This document shows positions 10,901 through 22,300 of a stretch of 64,000 bases of DNA, piece by piece. The stretch comes from Macrostomum hystrix. Taxonomy: Eukaryota; Animalia; Platyhelminthes. Numbering within the stretch: the stretch's first letter is position 1; each line of letters starts with the position of its first letter. Location: the NCBI GenBank assembly GCA_950097015.1, contig CATNEN010000034.1, positions 4,216,001 through 4,280,000 of the forward strand, in the 5' to 3' direction. A model generated the notes under the pieces. The model had not been told where the DNA came from and did not search any database. It saw only the letters and a program-made list of their open reading frames with translations. The position numbers and the translations under genes were made by a program.

Positions 10901-13900
10901 AAGCCGGTGCTGACGGGGCCCGAGAGGAACTCCGGGCAGTCCAGCAGGTTCCGCAGGAACGGAATGTTGGTCTTGACGCCGCGAATGCGAAATTCGCGCA
11001 GGCAGCGGTGCATTTTCACAATGCAGTCGTGAAAGTTGCTGGTGTGCACAATCACCTTGCACAGTAGGCTGTCATAGTAGGGCGAGATGATGGCGCCGGC
11101 GTAGGCGCTCGCGGAGTCCAGGCGGATGCCGATGCCAAGGCCGGGCCGGAAGTCCTCCAGGCGGCCGGAGTCGGGCTGGAAGCCCCGGCGCGGATCCTCG
11201 GTGGTGATGCGGCACTGCATGGCGAAGCCGTTGACCCTGATCGAGTCCTGGCTGAGGCCGAGCTGCGCCAGGGTGAAGCCCTCGGCCACGCGGATCTGGC
11301 GGGGGCATTGTTTAGGAGGGAGTGACTGAGTGACTGAGTGACTGAGTGACTGAGTGACTGAGTGACTGAGTGAATGGGTGGCTGAGTGACTGAGTGACTG
11401 AGTGACTGAGTGACTGAGGGTTCTGCATAAAGCTCAAGCATAAAAGCCAGACATTGCAGCCGGTGATCGGACTCACCTGCTTCTGCACAATATCAATGCC
11501 GGTGACCTCCTCGGTGGCGGTGTGCTCAACCTGGATGCGCGGATTGACCTCCATGAAGAAGTGCCGGCCGCTCTCCTGCTCGTAGAGGAACTCCACTGTG
11601 CCAGCGTTCTGGTAGCGCACGTGACGCATGAGCTTCACCGCGTCGGCGGCGATGGCTGCGGCCACGGCCTGGTCCAGGTAGGGCGCCGGAGCGATTTCCA
11701 CCACCTTCTGGTGGCGTCGCTGTACAGAGCAGTCACGCTCGTGCAGGTGAACGACATCGCCCTGGCTGTCGGCCAGGATTTGCACCTGCGGATATCCGTT
11801 GGCCATGAAGATTAGTTGTCTCAAATAATTATCTTCCTGGCTAATATTAGTTGGACCAGATGTACAACCAGTGGCCCTTCCAAAGGCTGTGTACAGATCT
11901 TCTGTCCGTGGACAGTGAGACCTCCACATTCGCCACATTTCTGGTACCCAGTTTACAGATCAGGTAAACTGAAGCGACGTGGAGTCAAGTGTATTGATTA
12001 AGACCATCAATTTACTTATTATCGGGATTAACAAGTCGCAGTCGGAGGGTCGAGTATAGAAATTCTGAGCTCACCTCAATGTGTCTCGCATTCTCAACGT
12101 ATCGCTCGACAAACATTGATCCATTTCCGAACGCGGCCAACGCCTCGGAGCTGGCCCGCTCGAACGACTCGGCGAGGTCCTCGGCCCGACGAACAATGCG
12201 CATGCCGCGACCGCCGCCGCCGAAGGCCGCCTTCAGGATGACTGGGAAGCCGTGCTCGGCGCAGAAGGCGGCAGCCGCTTCGGCGCTCTCGATTGGACCC
12301 GGCGAGCCCGGAACAACCGGCACACCAGCGGCGACGGAGGCTGCGCGAGCGAGCACCTGGTGGGGAGGTTGACAGGGAGGAATTAAGATGACGGAGAGTC
12401 AGGCGGAAGAGTGACTCTGTGTCTGGAGGAAGAGTGACTCTGTGTCAGGAGGAAGAGTGACCCTGTGTCTGGAGGAAGAGTGACTCTGTGTCTGGAGGAA
12501 GAGTGACCCTGTGTCAGGAGGGAGAGTGACCCTGTGTCTGGAGGAAGAGTGACCCTGTGTCTGGAGGAAGAGTGACTCTGTGTCAGGAGGAAGAGTGACT
12601 CTGTGTCAGGAGGGAGAGTGACTCTGTGTCAGGAGGGAGAGTGACTCTGTGTCTGGAGGAAGAGTGACCCTGTGTCTGGAGGAAGAGTGACTCTGTGTCT
12701 GGAGGAAGAGTGACCCTGTGTCTGGAGGAAGAGTGACCCTGTGTCAGGAGGGAGAGTGACCCTGTGTCTGGAGGAAGAGTGACCCTGTGTCTGGAGGAAG
12801 AGTGACTCTGTGTCAGGAGGAAGAGTGACTCTGTGTCAGGAGGGAGAGTGACTCTGTGTCAGGAGGGAGAGTGACCCTGTGTCAGTAGGAAGAGTGACCC
12901 TGTGTCTGGAGGAAGAGTGACCCTGTGTCTGGAGGAAGAGTGACCCTGTGTCAGGAGGAAGAGTGACTCTGTGTCAGGAGGGAGAGTGACTCTGTGTCAG
13001 GAGGGAGAGTGACTCTGTGTCTGGAGGAAGAGTGACTCTGTGTCAGGAGGAAGAGTGACCCTGTGTCAGGAGGGAGAGTGACCCTGTGTCAGGAGGAAGA
13101 GTGACCCTGTGTCTGGAGGAAGAGTGAGCTTTGTCAGGAGGGAGAGTGACTCTGTGTCAGGAGGGAGAGTGACTCTGTGTCAGGAGGGAGAGTGACCCTG
13201 TGTCTGGAGGAAGAGTGACCCTGTGTCAGGAGGGAGAGTGACTCTGTGTCAGGAGGGAGAGTGACTCTGTGTCAGGAGGGAGAGTGACCCTGTGTCAGGA
13301 GGAAGAGTGACCCTGTGTCTGGAGGAAGAGTGACCCTGTGTCAGGAGGGAGAGTGACCCTGTGTCAGGAGGGGGAGTGACCCTGTGTCAGGAGGGAGAGT
13401 GACCCTGTGTCAGGAGGATGAAGTCAGGCCCTGTGTCAGACTCGCCTTATCGCCTAGCAGGGCCACAGTCTCCGGTCGCGGGCCGATGAAAGCCAGTCCG
13501 GCGTCACAGCAGGCCTTGGCGAATTCGGCGCTCTCGGACAAGAATCCGTAGCCCGGATGCACAGCGTCGGCTCCGGTTTCCTTGGCAACCTGCACAATGG
13601 CCGGAATGTTCAGATAGGCCTGCACTGGCGGCAGACCCTTGCCGATGAGGTAGCACTCGTCGGCCATTGTGCGGTGCATGTGCATGGTGTCCACCTCGCT
13701 GTAGACGCCGATCGACCTGATGCCCAGCTCGCTGCAGGCTCGGTAGATTCGCATGGCGATCTCGCCACGGTTAGCTACCAGAATGCGCTTGAAGACGCGC
13801 TTCTGCTCGCCCGACAGCACAAACGACTGGAAGGTTTGGTAAGTCGAGTGGTGCGGCTCGCCAATGGACAGCTGGCTGTCGCTGCTCTCTCCTGAGCTGG

Positions 13901-13919
13901 CTGACTGGTTCGCGCTCAT
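7960..13919 (-). CDS. PC: Pyruvate carboxylase (about 1185 aa, 6 coding exons)
   Basis: Exons 13919-13446, 12356-12075, 11785-11477, 11295-10827, 10574-10482 and 9890-7960 total 3558 nt in frame. Motifs: [57 protein letters not shown] and the AMKM biotin lysine. Confidence 0.97.
9995..10352. repeat. 21-bp minisatellite in PC intron 5
   Basis: Unit gaggattatctaccacttagc. Confidence 0.95.
10617..10812. repeat. (GGAA)n-type microsatellite in PC intron 4
   Basis: Runs of ggaa and ggat. Confidence 0.95.
11320..11416. repeat. 8-bp (GAGTGACT)n array in PC intron 3
   Basis: Direct reading. Confidence 0.95.
12404..13438. repeat. 23-bp minisatellite filling PC intron 1
   Basis: Unit gagtgac(c/t)ctgtgtc(a/t)ggagg(a/g)a, about 45 copies. 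Confidence 0.95.
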
Positions 13920-14118
13920 TTTGTGCTGCAAGGTGAAAGTGAAGCTTTAATTGCTTCTATTTTAAATGAAAATGTAATTAAAGCTAATCGGAGTTTCCCA
14001 TGAAATTACTAATTGACAGAAATCGTTGTTCCTGACAAAATACACCCCTATGTGTTGGGGTTCGCGGGTTTACATACAATATTACACCGAAAGCATTCTT
14101 CTATAATATTATTTGCCT

Positions 14119-14410
14119 GAGGGCTGCGGGCAATGGCACATCATTTGGTGACAGTAGACCCGCAGCCAGCGAGGAGGCCCATTCTGCCCATTTCGCTGAC
14201 TCCTGAGCACACACGCACGCAGGCAGTTGTACACAACTCACACAGTTGTGTACATATGCACTGACTTTCTTATCGTCAGACAGTTTAAAATTTCACTGTG
14301 CTTTGGAGGTTGGCCCTCAAGGGCTTAAAGTGCATGAAAAGCTGCGGTTCAGATGAATGTGACTTAGCCGCGGAATCGAGCTCAGGGCGACGGCGCTGTG
14401 GACCAGAAGT
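14119..14410 (-). mobile_element. SINE family A, copy 1
   Basis: Shares ctgagctcgattccgcgg (B-box region), gagggccaacctcc, gacgat(g/a)agaaagtc and the 3' tcaccaaatgatgtgccattgcccgcagccc with the other copies. Confidence 0.85.
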
Positions 14411-15591
14411 TAATGATGGAGATAATAGTCACTCGTTGAGGTTAGATAAAAATAAAAATAAGGGATTCGATTTTTGCAGTCGTTTGTTTTTTCAAAGTAC
14501 ACGTTGTACTTTGAGAATATATTATTCTATAAGCGTACATTAGAAACTAGGCGGTGCAAAGATCAGTACAAGGTCACACAAACCTTTCTGGTTGGTCCAA
14601 TTAAAACGGAGGCAAGTAATTCTCGTAGAATAATATTTTTAGGCTCCAATCGATTTGAGAACGGAAGCGCTTCTTGAAGGCTTAGAAACTGCTTCTTATA
14701 TAATATATTAGACGACACAGAGAACAGGTTATAAACGGAATTCAAAGTACAGTTAGTACTGAAATAGCCTAGAAAGACTGGGGACAGTTCTGGTTGGTCG
14801 GAATCTAATGCACACTCGCACTCTCCCCAAAGCGTACGTGTCCCTGGTACGTGCTGTTCCCAAATTCCCAATTCCCATCTACTAAATTGGAGGGGTGGGG
14901 GGAGAGAACAGGAGTGCGAGGGAGAGAGACATGGAAAACCGGCTGAAAACCGGATCGCTGCCTTAAAAAAGTGCATGTAGTTCGAACAGAATGTTCGCAT
15001 AAACTTGGCCGCATAAACAAATTGCTTACCTAAAAATATGCACCTTGTTTTCTGGAATCTGAAATGTTTGAATCGAAATAGAACTCTGTAGTTCTTTACC
15101 TGGGGCCACTCAACGAGTTATGGCAGTGTTTTGTTTCTCTCTCTGCATAGATGAGTAATATTTATGCGTGACAATGCCTGTGCCACTAGCCATGCTAGTA
15201 AAGAACTGGATCTGTCTAGTTGGCATATTTTTCTCAGGACGGACGACACTAGTTAATGAGCTCTCTGAGTTGTAGAGTACACAGCCAGTACGGGTAGCAT
15301 TAATCCAATCACAACGCACAAACACCGACCCTAAAGTGCCTTGCAGTGCTTTGCAGTATGCCATTACTATTTTTAGATATTGGTTTTGAATTCCGATTTT
15401 AAGTTTGTTAAAATTGAACTTTTTCTGATAAGATAATGCAAAAAACTCGAACTGTAGGCTTTAAGAAGCCTGAAAAACTACTGATATAGCTCGTATAGTT
15501 GGTAAATCGTGGGGTGAGCTTGTCAGCACTCTATGGTGAGCTGTGAGAACATGGTGAGCAGTGAGCACATTGTGAGCAGTGAGAATTTCCA

Positions 15592-16118
15592 TTGTGGGAT
15601 TCTTTAGAATGGGATTCTTTAGAATGGGGTTCTTTAGAATGGGATTCTTTAGAATGGGATTCTTTAGAACGGGATTGTTTTGAATGGGATTCTTTAGAAT
15701 GGGATTCTTTAGAATGGGATTCTTTAGAATGGGATTCTTTAGAATGGGATTCTTTAGAATGGGATTCTTTAGAATGGGATTCTTTAGAATGGGATTCTTT
15801 AGAATGGGATTCTTTAGAATGGGATTCTTTAGAATGGGATTCTTTAGAATGGGATTCTTTAGAATGAGATTCTTTAGAATGGGGTTCTTTAGAATGGGGT
15901 TCTTTAGAATGGGATTCTTTAGAATGGGATTCTTTAGAATGGGATTCTTTAGAATGGGGTTCTTTAGAATGAGATTCTTTAGAATGGGGTTCTTTAGAAT
16001 GGGGTTCTTTAGAATGGGATTCTTTAGAATGAGATTCTTTAGAATGGGATTCTTTAGAATGGGATTCTTTAGAATGGGATTCTTTAGAATGGGATGATTT
16101 AGAATGAGATTCTTTAAA
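15592..16118. repeat. 15-bp minisatellite, about 35 copies
   Basis: Unit gggattctttagaat. Confidence 0.95.
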
Positions 16119-16119
16119 A

Positions 16120-17034
16120 TGTGATAAGAAGACAAAAGACGACAGATTTTTATCCCCCCCTCGAGACTTCACGGAAAGGCATCGGCTCCGAAGCAGCTTC
16201 AATTATAATCGTGGCCAGCCGCCTGAGCCTGACGTTTACAGCGCCAGGTGCTGTTATTTTCAGTTGACCGAATCGGGTTAAGCAATGCAGGATTCACATA
16301 TTACTTTCTCTCTCTAAATTCTATCACTTCCTGTGTGGAGCTACAGCTCATTAGGGAAGTGAAGTCGGTTTAAATAGAATAATCATTCTAATATAACAGC
16401 GACTTCTAGGGAACAACTTTGTGCAATATTTTGTACCTCCCACTTTCCCTGCTCGATGACTCGGTCTTAAAGTATATTTTTGCCTGTCAAATGCACCCAC
16501 CGCCTTTCTTCATTTTTATTTGCTCTCCGGGTAATAAATCACCCTTTACTCTTTCAATACACCCACCTTACTCCCTTTCTCTTTGTTCACCCCGTCAAAA
16601 ATCTTTTTTGCATAACAATCGCTTACCCCCTTCGTTTTACCTGTCATAAATCACCCCTTTCTTACTTGCTCGCCCACCCACTCCCTTCTTCACGAATCAC
16701 CGTCCGACTGGCGAAGCGCGTGATCTGGCTGTCTGGAAACAATTGGTCGATGTTGGGCTAATCACGCGATCACGGTGTGTACGCGTGAATTTAGTCTCTA
16801 TAAAAGGAAGTGGTGCGCGCCCCTCTTCGGCAAGCCGACTCACATCACCTTATCCATTACCCGTTCCACTTCGCCGAGATTCTGACCAGAGTCACGACGA
16901 CACGCCGCGCGTCCGACTTGCCTGCAGACAGGAAATCCGGAGTTCAGGGAAACTATAGAGGTCAACCACGACCTCCTCAAATACATTGTATAAGTGACGA
17001 ATAGCCTTTGTGTGATTTTGATGTCTCCATCACA
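16120..17034 (+). mobile_element. Possible solo LTR
   Basis: TGTGAT...ATCACA termini and an internal TATAAAAGG at about 16799. No clean TSD. Confidence 0.3.
16476..16686. repeat. CACCC-rich dispersed repeat, copy 1
   Basis: Near-identical direct copy at 17597-17812. Confidence 0.85.
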
Positions 17035-17596
17035 GAAACTCGAGCCGTGCAACAATGAAGGTTACCAAAACGCAAATTTTAGGCGTCTACATCAAAATGT
17101 CTAGTAAAATCTCCGGAAAGTTCGGAAAGTGTAAAGAAGCTTGAAGCGCGCAACAATCAGGCTTGATTGGTATACCCCTAAGAACCCCTCCAAAATGATA
17201 CAATGAAATTGCATTGATCATGTGCATCGAGCATACTGAGGCTTGATGTATATCAACCCCCCTTAGTTCGTGCAATAGCAAAGCTTGAATTTTCCGACTT
17301 TTCGTACCAAGTTAGATTCTAAGAAATCGTGTTCTTTGAATCGCGGACTACAAGTATTTTCAAGCATGGTCTCACGTCACACGCTCTCTCTGCCCGCCAC
17401 ATAATTTAATTTATTTATTGAATATTTTTACTTAAATTCACTTCTAGATTCTTTGTATGAAAATTCTTCAAAAAATTGTTTTGTCCTATTGTTAAATCAT
17501 AAATGGCATTGTGAATCATAAATAAAATACTTATTCTGAGGGCTTAGTCCTGACTTTATTTGTAAGCTTATGATACAATTGCAGTAGCCAGTGAAA

Positions 17597-17812
17597 CTTT
17601 TTGGCTGTCAAATGCACCCACCGCCTTAAATCATTTTTTCTTTGTTCTCCGGGTAATAAATCACCCCTTACTCTTTCAATACACCCACCTCCCTCCCTTT
17701 CTCTTTGTTCACCCCGTCAAAAATCTTTTATTTGCATAACAATCGCTTACCCCCTTCATTTTACCTGTCATAAATCACCCCTTTCTTTCTTGCTCGCCCA
17801 CCCACTCCCCCC
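17597..17812. repeat. CACCC-rich dispersed repeat, copy 2
   Basis: Direct repeat of 16476-16686. Confidence 0.85.
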
Positions 17813-17906
17813 TTAGCCAAAGTAGGTTCAAGCCTTCAAGGGGGTCATGAACTGCTAGATGTCAGATTTTTTAGGGCTGATGCTGCTGCACTGTGCACAT
17901 AGACCA

Positions 17907-18086
17907 ACGTTAGCGACATTTTACCGCACTGTGTATAACATGTTAAAAAACCGCAGTATACTTTGCGGAATTTACCGCACTGTTTAAATGATCTCATTTC
18001 AGGCTTGGACTATGTGGTAGACTATGTGGAATTTACCGCACGGTAAAGTTAGCAGTTTTTACCGTGCAATAAAATGTCGCTAACAT
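17907..18086. mobile_element. 180-bp MITE with about 23-bp TIRs and an 8-bp TSD
   Basis: TIRs ACGTTAGCGACATTTTACCGCAC and GTGCAATAAAATGTCGCTAACAT. ATAGACCA at 17899-17906 and 18087-18094. Internal ttaccgcac repeats. Confidence 0.85.
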
Positions 18087-19059
18087 ATAGACCATGGGGC
18101 CATTGCCTGACCCCTACCTAGAGTTGGCCTAGGCCTAGTTCCTTTCTACTAGGTCTATACTATCGTATCTAGGTCTAAAAATTTTTCAACTCTAAAATTG
18201 GCAGCAGTCAAAAACACCACTTAGCTAGCTATTGTCTTTAAAATGTGATAGAGTTAGGCTGCCTAGCTAGTTAAATTAGTTGTTGGCCATATTGTATTTA
18301 TTTGAATTTGGCCCCTATTGCAGGCTATAGCAAAGGGTCAAATTGCACTAGACACCTCACATCTGTACCATCCACATTTACCAACCTAACAGCCAACTCA
18401 CCATCACTAGGCCACTATACCAGATGCCACAAAGTTAAAATTGTATTTCACCAATAGATGGATAAGGACCTGTTGTCATTGAAGATTAGGATGAACCACT
18501 CTGAAAAAAACATTGTAGGCCTATGGACTAGGATAAAAAAGTAATTTAAATGAAAGTTAGGACAAGGCATGGGTAGTCAGGGTAGTGTGCTGATATAAAT
18601 ATTTGTTAATAATTACACTTGCCAATTGCCATAAGTCATGATCTTAATTTTATCCCAATATATCCCAATATCCCAACATGAATAGACTTTTAATGTTAAT
18701 GACGTTATGACTCATGGTCATGGAAATGTCTTAAACATTGTAAACTAAACTATTAATTAGAAAACTGATATTAAGCAGGCTGATATAAAAAATTTTATTT
18801 GTAGATACATAGCCTAGTATGCAATAGCATATATGCCCTATAGCTACTATATATTTTTTTCTAAATTTTAAATGTTTAAGTCTATTCTATATTTCTAAAT
18901 AGGCCTACTTATAGTAATACATATAATTAGGTTAAACCACTTTTGGTATTGATTTGCTAACATTTACAACACAGCTGTAGCTAATATGTCTAGTATACCT
19001 GATAGCTAGGTGGACTAGATAGATACCACACCTACCCTTTATTACTCTAGCTAATCTTG

Positions 19060-19140
19060 GTACCCATTTAACAGCTAGGTGAACTGAAGCAGTGCATAGT
19101 TAAGTGTCTTGCCGAATTATACAAAATTGTGTCAGTCAAG
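19060..19140 (-). mobile_element. CORE-like SINE fragment
   Basis: Minus strand ggcaagacacttaactatgcactgcttcagttcacctagctgttaaatgggtacc aligns with 49480-49545. Confidence 0.75.
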
Positions 19141-19347
19141 TCAATAATTAAACAAGTTTGTAATGCAACAAAAATTGTCTGTATAAACAGAGCCTATTAA
19201 ATGACTTATAATTGCCTATTCAGATCAGTAAGCTTTTTGTCTTATTTTTTTGTTGCACATATGTAAGTCCCATGCACAGTTCCTTATTTTAAACTTACAT
19301 TTTTTTCAGTGCATGAGCCCTCTAATAAAGGTTATCTAGTTCAGTAA

Positions 19348-22300
19348 ATGGCCACTTCTGGTGTTTCATTTAGCAACATTGCACCAAGGCAGCCAAATTC
19401 GCTAAGACTTGTCACTCCACCAGCCGTCACTCCATATAGTAAGTGCTTTTTATGTACATCCTTTGTTCAGTTTAACTATAAACATTCTCTAAGACCTTCC
19501 CAGTCCCTCCCACAGCTCCTGTTTCTGTTCCTGCACAGCCGCGGCCAACAGTCGCTGCCACCGGCCACACCACGCTAGCCCAACTCACTTCTAATGGGCT
19601 GCCGTTGCCAACGGCGCCTAGCAACCTGCCGCAACAGCCCGGCGTCATTGCCGACAATGCCGATGCCAATCTGATGCCATTCTATGACGTCTTGGAGACT
19701 GTTTTGCCGCCTACCAGTCTCCAGGTAGGATGCAAGTTGCGCCATCCCTTTGTCAAATCTCTCTCTTATCTAACGACCCGTCCCGACTATCTCACCAATG
19801 TCCATGAGCTCGAATCCGTGGCGAGACTAAATTCATTTGGGTCGCAGCAGTGGAAAGAGGACTTGAAGAATTGTCCTTCAATTTACCAGGGCCAAGCCCC
19901 TAATGGACAGTGAGAGTGAATTCAGTGCATGACAGAACCTAGGTTTTGTGTACACCTGCGTGCTCCCCCTCTGGATAGGGAGATTATCCAGCTTGCTGAT
20001 AGACTGTAGGATCTGGGGATTATCCAGCTTGCTGATATAATGTGTAGGATCTGGAGATTATCCAGCTTGCTGATAGACTGTGGGATCTGAGGATTATCCA
20101 GCTTGCTGATAGACTGTGGGATCTGAGGATTATCCAGCTTGCTGATAGACTGTGTGGGATCTGAGGATTATCCAGCTTGCTGATAGACTGTGTGGGATCT
20201 GAGGATTATCGAGCTTGCTGATAGACTGTGTGGGATCTGAGGATTATCCAGCTTGCTGATAGACTGTGGGATCTGAGGATTATCCAGCTTGCTGATAGAC
20301 TGTGGGATCTGAGGATTATCCAGCTTGCTGATAGACTGTGGGATCTGAGGATTATCCAGCTTGCTGATAGACTGTGGGATCTGAGGATTATCCAGCTTGC
20401 TGATAGACTGTGAGATCTGAGGATTATCCAGCTTGCTGATAGACTGTGGGATCTGAGGATTATCCAGCTTGCTGATAGACTGTGTGGGATCTGAGGATTA
20501 TCCAGCTTGCTGATAGACTGTGGGATCTGAGGATTATCCAGCTTGCTGATAGACTGTGGGATCTGAGGATTATCCAGCTTGCTGATAGACTGTGGGATCT
20601 GAGGATTATCCAGCTTGCTGATAGACTGTGGGATCTGAGGATTATCCAGCTTGCTGATAGACTGTGGGATCTGAGGATTATCCAGCTTGCTGATAGACTG
20701 TGAGATCTGAGGATTATCCAGCTTGCTGATAGACTGTGGGATCTGGGGATTATAGTTTTAACTTTATATGCTCTCTCCACCAATCCTCAAACCAGATAAC
20801 TAACCTAGGCCAGCGGGCCCAGGAGCAGTCGTTTGTGTTCCTCCTGAGCCTGCAGCAGGTCAACCAGGTCACTACTAATCGATATTGGAATGAGGCCGCC
20901 AAACGGGTGGAATATCCTATACAGGTAAAATAAAATGGCATGCGAAATAAATAGAAACTTTTATGGCTCAACCTGGCGATTATTAAACCAACTCGCAGGT
21001 GCAACTGCGCTGCCTGAAGATCCTCTCCGGTCCGCAGTCGGACGCGTTTCCAACCGGAGTTTCCTGCCGAGTCAACAAGCAGTCGGTCAGCCTGCCCGCT
21101 GTCATTCCCACTAACAAGCCCAACGCGGAGCCGCAGCGGCCCGGCCGGCCAATCAACCTCACGCCACTCTGCCGGCTAAGTCCCAAAATGCCGAACCTGC
21201 TTCAGATGGGATATAATTATGATTCCGCTGTCAGTTATTGTGTACAGGTGAGGGCTTCATTTCTGATCCAAATCCTCAGACCGAGTCGCAATCTCATAGA
21301 TCCTTATGTCATGCCGCTAAATGAGGTCCATCAGGAATGAACCAAGGTCCCTGAGCTCGCCACGGCGAGGCCACAATAATTTTGGGCGCAGCCGCGGAGT
21401 AAAGGTTTGGGGGCTTGTCGTGTAATTTATCGACTTGAGGGCCAAACTTCCAAAGGCACGGTGAGGGTGTACACTGCCTAACGATGAGAAAGTCATGGCA
21501 GATGTACACACCTGTGTGCGTGTGTGCTCAGGAGTTTGTGGAATCGGCAGAATTGCTTCCTAGCTGGCTTCAGGTCTAGTGTCACCAAATGATGTGCCAT
21601 TTCCCGCAGCCCTCCATGCAAATAATAATGATTTAATGTTCGACATGGCTTTATTGTTCTAATAAATTTTGCCATAATTTTTATCAACACCTTCTCAGAT
21701 TCACCTGGTTCGCGCCTTAACCCCGGAGGACCTGATTGATCGCATCCGAGAGCGCGGCCCCCGTCCTGCAGAATTCAGCAGGGCCATGATTCGCGAGAAG
21801 CTCAGCCCCTCTGACTGCGAGCTGGCCGTTACCGAGCTGGTGGCCTCATTGAAGTGTCCACTAGGCAAAATGCGCATCAGCATTCCAATGCGATCGTCGG
21901 CCTGCTCGCATGTGCAATGCTTCGACGCCTATTCCTACCTGGCTATGAATGCCAAGAAACCGGTTTGGAAATGTCCATTCTGCGATCAGGCCGCGCCCTA
22001 CAGTCAGCTGTATATCGACGGATACTTTCAGGTGTGGATTTCTAATGAGCGAATTTACCTAAGGACTATCCAGCTTACTGAGAGGTTGTGTGGGATCTAA
22101 GGATTATCCAGCTTACTGATTGATTGTGTGGGATCTGAGGATTATCCAGCTTACTGATTGATTGTGTGGGATCTGAGGATTATCCAGCTTGCTGATTGAT
22201 TGTGTGGGATCTGAGGATTATCCAGCTTGCTGATTGATTGTGTGGGATCTGAGGATTATCCAGCTTGCTGAGAGGTTGTGTGGGATCTGAGGATTATCCA

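Noticed and set aside
15110-15364. 84-aa minus-strand ORF as the PC mitochondrial-targeting exon
   Set aside because: It stops at 15110 before the nearest good donor (15099), and I found no in-frame donor within it.
15461-16202. Long ORFs (ILKNP)n, (SHSKE)n and (MGFFR)n
   Set aside because: The 15-bp tandem repeat is open in several frames on both strands; an artefact.
19725-19913. Read-through extension of the PIAS exon 2 ORF
   Set aside because: It lies after a good donor (CAG|GTAGGA) and consists partly of a decayed SINE A fragment.
21478-21500. Hammerhead ribozyme in SINE A (CTGACGA...GAAA...GTC)
   Set aside because: Only 3 nt lie between CUGANGA and GAAA (no helix II). With stem I in register, the cleavage-site base would be G, which NUH excludes, and the helix III loop is not palindromic.
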